A DNA stretch of 64,000 nt from Candidatus Aminicenantes bacterium (GTDB lineage: Bacteria > Acidobacteriota > Aminicenantia > Aminicenantales > JAFGBC01), in NCBI GenBank assembly GCA_963702005.1, contig OY969696.1:1152001-1216000 (forward strand), read 5' to 3'. The translations under genes and the position numbers were made by a program. The notes beneath the pieces were generated by a model. It was not told the origin of the DNA and made no database searches. It was given only the letters and a program-made list of their open reading frames with translations. This document shows positions 11,723 through 19,887 of this stretch, piece after piece. Within the stretch, counting starts at the first letter, position 1, and each line of letters begins with the position of its first letter.

Positions 11723-12820
11723 TCATGCCTCCGTTATGTCTTGCTGGAGTCTTTCGTATCGAAGCCGGCCCAGGGCGCAAAGGAACTCCGAGGGCACTCG
11801 ATCGTCGCCGTTTTCAAGCTCGAAGAAGCCGGGGCAATATCCGCACACCAGTCTTTGCCGGCAGCCGGCGCACTTGAAGTCCGGGCCGGGCCCGGCTTCC
11901 CGGATCCGGGGCAGGACTTCGTCCCATCCCGTCCGGAATCGCCCGCTCCGAAGGGGGTAAGCGATCTTCCGGGCCATGAGGCAGGGATAGAGCTCCCCGC
12001 AGGGATCGATGTGGAAGGTCGTCAATCCCGCGCTGCAGGAGTACAGCTCTTCCGGGCCCGGAACGGCCCGGAAGCGGTCCAGGAACTCGCGCCATTCCCG
12101 GACCCGGGCCGGGTCGGCGAACTCCGCGGCAACCGCCTGTTCCGGGGAGATCCGATAGGCGAGGGGCGAGCGGTCGCCCGTCAACCGGGGAAAAACGGAG
12201 GCGTCGACGCGGAAATCGACGCCCATCCTCCCGGCCAGCTCCTCGACGGCGGGGAACTCATGGGCGTTCAACGTCATGATAACGCTTTTAACCGCTACTC
12301 GGATTCTGCGGCGTTTGAGCGTTTCGACCGCCTTCAGGGCGCGGGCGAAGGACCCCGCGACGCCCGTGATCCGATCATGGGTTTCCGCCGTGGCGCCGCA
12401 CAGGGTGATTTCGACCGCCCGGGGCGGGAGGTCCCCCAGCAGGGCCGCCGTTTCTTCCGTCAACAGCGTCCCGTTCGTGAACAGGGTGACGAAAAAGCCG
12501 TTCGTCTTGATGTGGGAGTAGATCTCGGCGAAATCCTCCCTGAGCAGAGGCTCCCCGCCGGTCAGCAGTAAAAACAGGCAGCCGGCGTCCTTGATTTCGT
12601 CGATGATCTCTTTCCAGCGGCCGGCGCTCAATTCCCGTCCCGCCGGCGCGCTGCGCGGATTCTTATCGCGGGCGTAGCAGTGGACGCAGCGGAGGTTGCA
12701 GCGATGGGTCAGGGCGATGCCGCCCGAAAAGGGAATCCGCATCCGGTCGATGGTCCGGGACAGGGAACTCCAGTATTCCTCGTCGCCCGTCCGGGAAAGG
12801 GGTCCGCAGTTCGAGCTCAT
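11723..12820 (-). CDS. Radical SAM/SPASM domain peptide maturase
   Basis: CNLRCVHC, TGGEP, TNGT; SPASM cysteines CSAG..IDPCGELYPC..CAGC..CGYC..C. Confidence 0.93.
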   Translation of the reverse strand: MSSNCGPLSRTGDEEYWSSLSRTIDRMRIPFSGGIALTHRCNLRCVHCYARDKNPRSAPAGRELSAGRWKEIIDEIKDAGCLFLLLTGGEPLLREDFAEIYSHIKTNGFFVTLFTNGTLLTEETAALLGDLPPRAVEITLCGATAETHDRITGVAGSFARALKAVETLKRRRIRVAVKSVIMTLNAHEFPAVEELAGRMGVDFRVDASVFPRLTGDRSPLAYRISPEQAVAAEFADPARVREWREFLDRFRAVPGPEELYSCSAGLTTFHIDPCGELYPCLMARKIAYPLRSGRFRTGWDEVLPRIREAGPGPDFKCAGCRQRLVCGYCPGFFELENGDDRVPSEFLCALGRLRYERLQQDITEA

Positions 12821-13107
12821 GGCCTTTCCTGAATCAGGTCGTTCTCCAGGAGCCGCCCGACGAATTCGGCCGCGTCTCTGCCCGCCCGCTCCCGGTCGAC
12901 CTCGAAACGGTCCAGGACGGCGGCGATGAGCTCGTCGAGCGTCGGCTCTCCGTCCAGACGCTGCCAGATGAATTCGGCCAGCTCGTTCAGGATGAAGACG
13001 TTCTGCATCTGGCTGGGCCGGCCGCAGACCGGGACCAGGAAGGTCTCGTCGGCGATCCGGCGGACCGTGACGGTATCCTTTTTCCGTAAGCGGCGGGCGT
13101 CCGTCAT
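12817..13107 (-). CDS. Stand-alone PqqD family protein (RiPP recognition element)
   Basis: RRIADETFLVPV..LNELAEFIWQRLDG..FEVD..D..EFV..L; ATGA overlaps with both neighbours. Confidence 0.9.
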   Translation of the reverse strand: MTDARRLRKKDTVTVRRIADETFLVPVCGRPSQMQNVFILNELAEFIWQRLDGEPTLDELIAAVLDRFEVDRERAGRDAAEFVGRLLENDLIQERP

Positions 13108-16100
13108 TTAAACCTCAGCGCGGGATCTCCGATCAGGTTGAAGATATTCAGCAGATAGAGCCTTCCGCCCATGGATATGTAGTTCTTCATCGCCCTGAGC
13201 CAGGCTTTCCCCAAGCCTCTCTCGTTGGCGCCGTAGACGGCCTTGTACAACTCTTCGGCCAGCTGCCGGGTCTGAATGTAGGTCGAGGCGCCGGTGGGGG
13301 CTACGGCCGCGGCGATTCCGCCGCCGTCCTTCAAAGCCAGCCCCTCCGCCAGGCTCAGCGATCCCGGGACCTCGAAGCGGCCCGCGACGCAGGTCAGAAG
13401 GACCATGATCGGCAGCCTGGTTCCGTTCCGGAGGGAGGGGAGGTCGCTGACGTTGAGAATGTTTTCGCCGGCCAGCTGGTCGATGCCGCCGTGACCCAGA
13501 TAGTTGACCAGGGCCGGGTTGGCGTTGAGTCCGGCGATGATCTGCGATCGGACCTCATCCGCGTGGAAGCCGTTGAGAAGATAGATCCGCTGCAAGGAAT
13601 AGCCGCTGATCTGCTTGATCAGGATTTCGCTCCCCTGGCGGAAATTTCCGGCATCGTCGGGATTGTCCGCGATCATGATCGCCCGTTTCGGCCAGGAACT
13701 GTTGTCGCTCTCGTAGGCCTTGATTTTCTTGACCGCGACGGCGAGCTCCTCCCCGGAGACGACCGGCAGCCGTCCGACCACGATTTCGGGAACGCCGTCC
13801 TCGCCCTTAACATCGCCGAACGCCCTGTCCGCGGCGAACAGGCCGTCCGGCGTCTTGGCCAGAATGGGGGGAATAAGGTTGTCGCCGAAGCCGAGGTAGT
13901 TTTTATAGTCGTAGGTGCCTTTGCCGGCCAGGACGACGGTTTCGGGCCGGTTCCCCGCGCCCTTCGCGTAGGCGAAGGCCAAGAAGTCCTTGATGGCCAG
14001 CGGACTCTGCAAACCCCAGTTGAAAGCGTCGTAGATTTCCTCGACGGTCACGACCTGGCTTTCAAGGCCTTTTTCCTTGCGATAATTCGCCAGACTCCGG
14101 GCGGCGGCCTTGAACTCCTCGGGGGCGATGACCAGGTATTCGGCGAAATGGTCGGCCTGTTTCAGCGTCGGCGCCGCGGCTGCGGTCATCGAGAAGGGCT
14201 GAAGGGCGGCGGACAGGCCGGAGATCAGGTAGCGGTTTTGGGAGGAGGCCGGGACGAAGGCGAGCCGGCCGCGGTTGTCGACGACGATCCCGACGCAGAC
14301 TTTCGGACGGTCGGGTTTGGTCACGTCCAGCACCAGAGCTTGGGCGTCGGTCAATCCCTCGACGGAGATGACGGGATTGCCGTCTCCGCGGCAAAGTAGG
14401 CGATTGTCCTTGGTCCGGTAATATCTCGGGTAGCTCAGGTCGAAGGAGTTCACGTAGAAGACGCTGTAGGGGGCGCCGACGTCCAGCAGCCCCTTGACGG
14501 TGATCGTGTTTTTCCCGTCCTTGAGCAGGGAGGGGACGACGGACATTTGGAATGTATACGATTCGGTTCCGTTCCACCAGCCGCTGCCGACCTCGATCTT
14601 GTTCAAGGAGACCTTGGCGTGGTGGTCCTGGACGGATGCGGTATCCGTCGCGCCCCTCAGGAGCGCCGTCAACGTGGCCGCGCCGGTCGTGGCCCGGCCG
14701 GGCACATCGACGGCGAAGGATTTGTCGTCGGTCCCGGCCACGATGTAATTCCAGAACCAGAAGTCCTCCTGGGCATTCTTGGCCAAGGCGGTCGCCGCGT
14801 ATCGGTTGTCCTCGAAATGGGCCGAATCCTGGAAGGTCGGGTGGGACTCGGTCGGAGTCGCGGCGCCCAGCCGGACGGCCTCCATGACGAGGCCGTTCCC
14901 TTCCTCCAGCCAGTAGACGTTCCGGTCCGTGTAGGCGCTGTCGGGCGCTTGGCCGTAAAAATAGATGCCGGCGCCGCCGGCTTCGGCCAGCCAGGCGACG
15001 GGTTCTCCCCGGCTGGTCAAGCTCAGCCTTTGATTGAGGATGAGCCACTGGACCTGCTGGGCCGATTGAGCCAGGCTGTTGGCGATGGAAGCGGCGTCGA
15101 GACGAACCAGCCCTTCGGTCTTGACGGCGATCCGGATCCGGTCATGGGATCCGGCCGCCGGGGCCGGCACGCCCTGTTGGAGCACCCTGAGCCGGTCCTG
15201 GACGCGCTTGGTTTCGAGCTCCGAGGGGCGATAAGTCCACTTCCGGAAGCCGGGAATCGAGCTGGGGACTTCCGCGCCTTTTGGAGCGGCGAAGGCGATC
15301 GGCCGCTGGGATGGCGCGGTCGAGTCGCCGAAAGTCACCTTGTAGGGGCCGTAGATGCGCGTCCGCCCGCTCGCGTCGACTTCGGTCAGCCGGTAGACCA
15401 CGGGCCTTCCGATGGGAACCCCGGGGTCCTCCAAGCGGTAGATGCCGCCTAGCGGCGATTCGTAGAGGGCCGGCAGGAAGGAGGGATTCACCAGCTCGAA
15501 TTGAGCCGTCTCCGGGTTCTGACGCCAGAGGAAAAAGCCGGCCGTTCCGATTTCGGTGCCGGTCCGCCACTCGACCGTCGGCCGCCCGCCGTCCATGTTC
15601 GATTCGAGAGAGGTCACGGCGATCCAGGTCGGAACATCGCCCCCGGCCCCTTCGGTCGCGGCCAGCTCGCAGAGCGGTCCGTAGTTAAAGGTGGCGACGC
15701 CCGTTTCGTCGGTGAAACTGGCCCTCGTGCCGTTCGACGAGGGCATCCCGGTCACGGGAAGGCGCTGGCCGCTGTAGGTCGGCGTGACGTCGACGGCATA
15801 GGACATCGTGGCGTCTGCGTTAGAGCCGCCGACCGTCCCCGGGTTCCAAACGATGTCCCCGGTGCCGCCCAAGGCCGGCTCGCCGACGAGCGACCCCTGG
15901 GATGCGACCCAATGTTGAGCATAGACGACCCCTCCGCCCGGCACGTTAGCGGTGATCGGGCTGATGCTCGAGAACGTGATGGCGCGCGGGGTCGGGTTGA
16001 AGATAGTGACTTCGACCCGGACGCGGGTCGTGGCGCCCGCGGTGGGAGGGTTGGGGCCGGAAATGTAGCTGAGATTCTGGGTCAAGAACGGCTTGGGCGG

Positions 16101-17105
16101 CGCTCCCATGCCGTCCGTCGGCAAGTAAATTCGCTGGGTGTATGCCTGGGGCTGAGAAGTGGGCGGCGGGCTGGCGGCGTTGAAGTCCCCCACATAGAAG
16201 ATGCCGTAGTTAGAGCCGCCCGAGCTGGTTTCGGTGTAAAGGAGGGTCGCTCTCCAGACGCCGGTATCGGAGGCCATCGAGTTGGACTCGTAGCCGGTGA
16301 TGGGCCTGTTCTGCCAGACCGTGGATCCCGAGCCGCCGTAGCTGCCGGTAAAGGTCCGTGTTCGGCTGGCGTAGGTAATCGTGCAAACGCCCGGGGTTGG
16401 ATTATCGCCGTCCCAGTCGTTCCAATCGACGACGCAGCCGGATGTGACGTAAGGGTAAAGGGTCGTCGTTACCGTATTGACCCCGCCATAGGTTCGTTCT
16501 CCGACCGGGACGAACGTGTAACCATAGATGTTGATTTCGGTCCCGCCGGAGGTCTCATCGCCGTCATCGGCGCTGATCCCGTAGCCGTTGCAGTCGTCGC
16601 CGGTGGTTACGGCCGATGACGTGTCGACGACCAGCCGCCAATGTCCGGCAACGGGCGAGGGGATGGGAGCAGGAGTAGTGCCGGGACCGAGAATCTGCCA
16701 GCCGTTGTTTGTGCCCGCGGTAGCGCTCCCCGTGAAGGTCGCCACCGAGGTTCCGCTGGGGTTGTATAGCGTGTATCTGCAGGAAGTGTTCCACGATCCT
16801 CCGCTTTGCCAATCGAACCGGTTGGTGGTGCCCCTCCCTACATCGGCGTCGAAAAGGCGCACGCGCAATTGGCTCAGCCCGGGAGGCACCTCGATATAAT
16901 ATTGGTGGTAAGTGTTCATCCCCCCGGCCTGGGCCGAGCTGATGTAATCGCCGTAGCTGGTGGGGGCCCCGGACCCGAGCTGCTGCAGCACCGCGGTGGT
17001 GCCGGTTGTGGCGGCGCGCCCCGGATCGGGAAAGAATAAAAGGAAAAGGATCGGTACGCCGAGAAGCGCTCTAAACCTCACCTGGGATATTCGAATTTTT
17101 TTCAA
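13104..17105 (-). CDS. Large secreted C25 (gingipain-like) cysteine peptidase with N-terminal beta-rich domains
   Basis: TTG start with GGAGG RBS and signal peptide; YLVIAP, EEIYDAF, LAGKGTYD, VGRLPV, NYLGHGG (His), LTCVAG (Cys), NLIGDPAL. Confidence 0.88.
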   Translation of the reverse strand: MKKIRISQVRFRALLGVPILFLLFFPDPGRAATTGTTAVLQQLGSGAPTSYGDYISSAQAGGMNTYHQYYIEVPPGLSQLRVRLFDADVGRGTTNRFDWQSGGSWNTSCRYTLYNPSGTSVATFTGSATAGTNNGWQILGPGTTPAPIPSPVAGHWRLVVDTSSAVTTGDDCNGYGISADDGDETSGGTEINIYGYTFVPVGERTYGGVNTVTTTLYPYVTSGCVVDWNDWDGDNPTPGVCTITYASRTRTFTGSYGGSGSTVWQNRPITGYESNSMASDTGVWRATLLYTETSSGGSNYGIFYVGDFNAASPPPTSQPQAYTQRIYLPTDGMGAPPKPFLTQNLSYISGPNPPTAGATTRVRVEVTIFNPTPRAITFSSISPITANVPGGGVVYAQHWVASQGSLVGEPALGGTGDIVWNPGTVGGSNADATMSYAVDVTPTYSGQRLPVTGMPSSNGTRASFTDETGVATFNYGPLCELAATEGAGGDVPTWIAVTSLESNMDGGRPTVEWRTGTEIGTAGFFLWRQNPETAQFELVNPSFLPALYESPLGGIYRLEDPGVPIGRPVVYRLTEVDASGRTRIYGPYKVTFGDSTAPSQRPIAFAAPKGAEVPSSIPGFRKWTYRPSELETKRVQDRLRVLQQGVPAPAAGSHDRIRIAVKTEGLVRLDAASIANSLAQSAQQVQWLILNQRLSLTSRGEPVAWLAEAGGAGIYFYGQAPDSAYTDRNVYWLEEGNGLVMEAVRLGAATPTESHPTFQDSAHFEDNRYAATALAKNAQEDFWFWNYIVAGTDDKSFAVDVPGRATTGAATLTALLRGATDTASVQDHHAKVSLNKIEVGSGWWNGTESYTFQMSVVPSLLKDGKNTITVKGLLDVGAPYSVFYVNSFDLSYPRYYRTKDNRLLCRGDGNPVISVEGLTDAQALVLDVTKPDRPKVCVGIVVDNRGRLAFVPASSQNRYLISGLSAALQPFSMTAAAAPTLKQADHFAEYLVIAPEEFKAAARSLANYRKEKGLESQVVTVEEIYDAFNWGLQSPLAIKDFLAFAYAKGAGNRPETVVLAGKGTYDYKNYLGFGDNLIPPILAKTPDGLFAADRAFGDVKGEDGVPEIVVGRLPVVSGEELAVAVKKIKAYESDNSSWPKRAIMIADNPDDAGNFRQGSEILIKQISGYSLQRIYLLNGFHADEVRSQIIAGLNANPALVNYLGHGGIDQLAGENILNVSDLPSLRNGTRLPIMVLLTCVAGRFEVPGSLSLAEGLALKDGGGIAAAVAPTGASTYIQTRQLAEELYKAVYGANERGLGKAWLRAMKNYISMGGRLYLLNIFNLIGDPALRFK

Positions 17106-17228
17106 TTTTTCCTCCTGCCCGCCGAGTTTATTTGTCTGTTCGCATGGGATGAACAGACAAGTTTGCGGGCTCCCCGCCGTTGCGGAGACGCAACTCGATT
17201 AAAGTTCATCCTTAGCCGCCTTAATAAT

Positions 17229-17244
17229 AGCAAGAGCCGTGCCA
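17229..17244 (-). promoter_or_regulatory. Sigma-54 (-24/-12) promoter for the C25-PqqD-rSAM operon
   Basis: Minus strand TGGCACG-GCTC-TTGCT matches the TGGCACG-N4-TTGCW consensus, about 125 nt upstream of the TTG start, with an AT-rich tract further upstream. Confidence 0.8.
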
Positions 17245-17465
17245 AAAATAAAGGAGTTTTTTCGGCAAAACGAAGGTATTTATCAAAATGGAGGATCTGC
17301 CGGATACAGAAAAGAACAAAAAACCGTAAAAATAATGCCAATAATTGTCATTCTCTTAATATTTAAAAAAATCATCCCTTACATGTTATAATGACCGGGC
17401 TCGTTCGCCAGGACGGGCCCGGGTGGCGCAGCGACCGTTCCGGATCGAAACGAGGAGGACTCAGG

Positions 17466-19850
17466 ATGCGACGGTTCGGGATCATAATAAGCTTCGGGTT
17501 TCTCGTTTTAGCCTCATTTTTGTTGAGAGCGGGCTTCCATCCATTGCCCGCCGCCGCCGAGGAAATGGCCGCTCCGGCCAATCCCGTTCCCAATCCGTCT
17601 TTCGAGGACGTCAAGGACGACAATCCGATCGGCTGGACTCGTGAGACTTGGCAGCCCAAGGCAGAGTTCGGGCTGGAGGCGGCGGCCCATTCCGGGCAGA
17701 AGAGCGTCCGCATCTCATCCAAGGAAGGCGCCGACGCGTCTTGGGCGGCCGTCGTCCCGATCAAGCCTTTCGCCCGATACAAGTTGAGCGGCTGGATCAA
17801 AATCAAGGACCTGGACCCGGCCACGGGCCGGGGAGCGCTCTTTAACATCCAGGGCATGGATGTGGCGACCAAGCCCCTTCGCGGGACTCAGGTTTGGACC
17901 CGGGTCGCGGTCGAGTTCGACTCCGGCGCCAACGACGCGGTATTAGTCAATTGCCTGTTCGGCGGATGGGGAAAGTCGACCGGAACGGCTTGGTACGACG
18001 ACGTCAGGCTCGAACTCCTTTCCGTGCGGGCGCTCAAGCCCGAGGCGACGATCGACGCATCCCTTATCCTCGCTCCCCTTTCGCCCCTGATATACGGCCA
18101 GTTCATCGAGCACTTGGGCCGCTGCATCTACCAGGGAATCTGGGCCGAGATGCTCGAGGACCGCAAGTTCTATTACCCGGTAGGGAGCCAGGACTCGCCC
18201 TGGAAAGCCGTCGGGGACGCCGCCAACGTCAGGATGAATCCGATCCTTCCTTACACGGGCGTCCAAGCCCCCGATGTCCGGCTCAAAGGAAACGGCGAGA
18301 CGGGCGGCATCGCCCAAGAAGGGTTGGCCGTCATCAAGGGAAAACCCTATACGGGCCGCATCGTCCTGGCGGGCGACCCGGGCGCCGCGCCGGTCGAGGT
18401 CAGTCTCGTCTGGGGAAGCGCCCCCGAAGCCCGCCAGACGGTCGCGATCATGGACTTCAAGACCGATTATAAGACCTATCCGCTCGCCTTCACGGCCGGC
18501 GAATCGAGCGAAAACGCCCGGCTCGAAATCACGAGCCGCGGAATCGAGGCCTTCCGGGTCGGGACGGTCTCGCTCATGCCGTCCGACAACGTCGAGGGCT
18601 TCCGGCCCGAAGTCCTGAGCGTTCTGCGCGAGCTCAACGCCCCCATCTACCGCTGGCCGGGCGGCAATTTCGTCAGCGGCTATAGCTGGAAGGACGGGAT
18701 CGGCGACCGGGACCGCCGGCCGCCCCGCAAGAACCCGGCCTGGCAGGGCGTCGAGCACAACGACGTCGGGATCCACGAGTTCATGGATTTCTGCCGCCTT
18801 CTCAAGACCCAGCCCTACATCACGGTCAACAGCGGGCAGGGGAACGAGACGCTGGCCGCCGAGATGGTCGAATACGCGAACGGCGCGGCTTCGGCGCCGA
18901 TGGGCGCGCTCCGGGCGCGCAACGGCCGGGCCGAACCCTGGGGCGTTTCCTGGTGGTCGATCGGGAACGAGATGTACGGCGACTGGCAGCTCGGCCACAT
19001 GCCCGTCCAGGACTATGTCTTCAAGCACAACCGGTTCGCCGCGGCGATGCGGGCCAAGGACCCTTCGATCAAGCTCGTCGGCGTCGGCGCGGTCGGCGAG
19101 TGGAGCGAGCGCATGCTGGCTTTCTGCCGGGACTCGATGAACGCCATCAGCGAGCACTTCTACGTCGGCGAGCGGCCCGGCCTGCTCAGCCACGTCAACC
19201 AAGTCCCGGCCCAGATCAAGCGGATCGCGGACGCCCATCGCCGCTACCGTCTGACGATCGGAGCCCTGGAGGGCAAGGCCGTCCCGATCGCCCTCGACGA
19301 GTGGAATTACTGGTACGGCCCGGACCTCTACGGAGAGATCGGGACCCGCTATTTCCTCAAGGACGCGCTGGGGATCGCGGCCGGCATTCACGAGTACGCC
19401 CGGCAAAGCGACATGTTCGTCATGGCCAACTACGCCCAGACGGTCAACGTCATCGGGGCGGTCAAGACGACAAAGACGGCGGCCGCCTTCGACACGACCG
19501 GCCTCGTCCTCAAGCTCTACCGGGCCGAGTTCGGATCGCTCCCGGTCAAGGTCACGGGCGCCCCGGCCCCGCTCGACGTCGCGGCGGCCTGGCGGGAGGG
19601 CCGCAAAGTCCTGACCGTGGCCGTCGTCAACCCGACCAAGCAGAGCCAGACCCTGCCGATTTCGTTCAAGGAGATCAAGGTCCCGGCGACGGCCCGGCTG
19701 TTCCTGATCACGGGTCCGGACGAGGGCGCCTACAACGAGCCCGGGAAGGATCCCGCGGTCAAGATCGAGACGACGGAGAATGCCCCCTTCGGCTCGAAGC
19801 TGACCTTGCCGCCCCTGAGCATTTCCCTCTACGTGATCGAACCGAAATAA
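17466..19850 (+). CDS. GH51 alpha-L-arabinofuranosidase with N-terminal CBM4_9-like domain, secreted
   Basis: YGQFIEHLGRCIY, RWPGGNF, IGNE, ALDEWNYW, YAQTVN; start at ATG 17466 after GAGGAGG. Confidence 0.9.
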   Translation: MRRFGIIISFGFLVLASFLLRAGFHPLPAAAEEMAAPANPVPNPSFEDVKDDNPIGWTRETWQPKAEFGLEAAAHSGQKSVRISSKEGADASWAAVVPIKPFARYKLSGWIKIKDLDPATGRGALFNIQGMDVATKPLRGTQVWTRVAVEFDSGANDAVLVNCLFGGWGKSTGTAWYDDVRLELLSVRALKPEATIDASLILAPLSPLIYGQFIEHLGRCIYQGIWAEMLEDRKFYYPVGSQDSPWKAVGDAANVRMNPILPYTGVQAPDVRLKGNGETGGIAQEGLAVIKGKPYTGRIVLAGDPGAAPVEVSLVWGSAPEARQTVAIMDFKTDYKTYPLAFTAGESSENARLEITSRGIEAFRVGTVSLMPSDNVEGFRPEVLSVLRELNAPIYRWPGGNFVSGYSWKDGIGDRDRRPPRKNPAWQGVEHNDVGIHEFMDFCRLLKTQPYITVNSGQGNETLAAEMVEYANGAASAPMGALRARNGRAEPWGVSWWSIGNEMYGDWQLGHMPVQDYVFKHNRFAAAMRAKDPSIKLVGVGAVGEWSERMLAFCRDSMNAISEHFYVGERPGLLSHVNQVPAQIKRIADAHRRYRLTIGALEGKAVPIALDEWNYWYGPDLYGEIGTRYFLKDALGIAAGIHEYARQSDMFVMANYAQTVNVIGAVKTTKTAAAFDTTGLVLKLYRAEFGSLPVKVTGAPAPLDVAAAWREGRKVLTVAVVNPTKQSQTLPISFKEIKVPATARLFLITGPDEGAYNEPGKDPAVKIETTENAPFGSKLTLPPLSISLYVIEPK

Positions 19851-19873
19851 TTCGGGGGACACACGACTTAATT
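19845..19873 (+). repeat. REP-like repeat copy 1 (overlaps GH51 stop codon)
   Basis: AAATAATTCGGGGGACACACGACTTAATT. Confidence 0.8.
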
Positions 19874-19887
19874 AAAGGACATCGAAG

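Noticed and set aside
11540-13107. PQQ biosynthesis (pqqA/D/E) or a lasso peptide cluster
   Set aside because: The peptide lacks the PqqA ExxxY motif and no pqqB/C is present. There is no asparagine-synthetase-like cyclase or B2 protease, and no Asp/Glu acceptor in the core.
17161-17200. c-di-GMP-I (GEMM) riboswitch suggested by GAGACGCAA
   Set aside because: The resemblance is on the strand opposite the operon transcript, and the GCAAACC/GAAA P2 and P3 elements are absent.
17943-19862. Long antisense or alternate-frame ORFs (e.g. 639 aa here, 707 aa at 28285-30408, 524 aa at 19759-21333)
   Set aside because: These are shadow ORFs of real genes in high-GC DNA, with no recognisable motifs.
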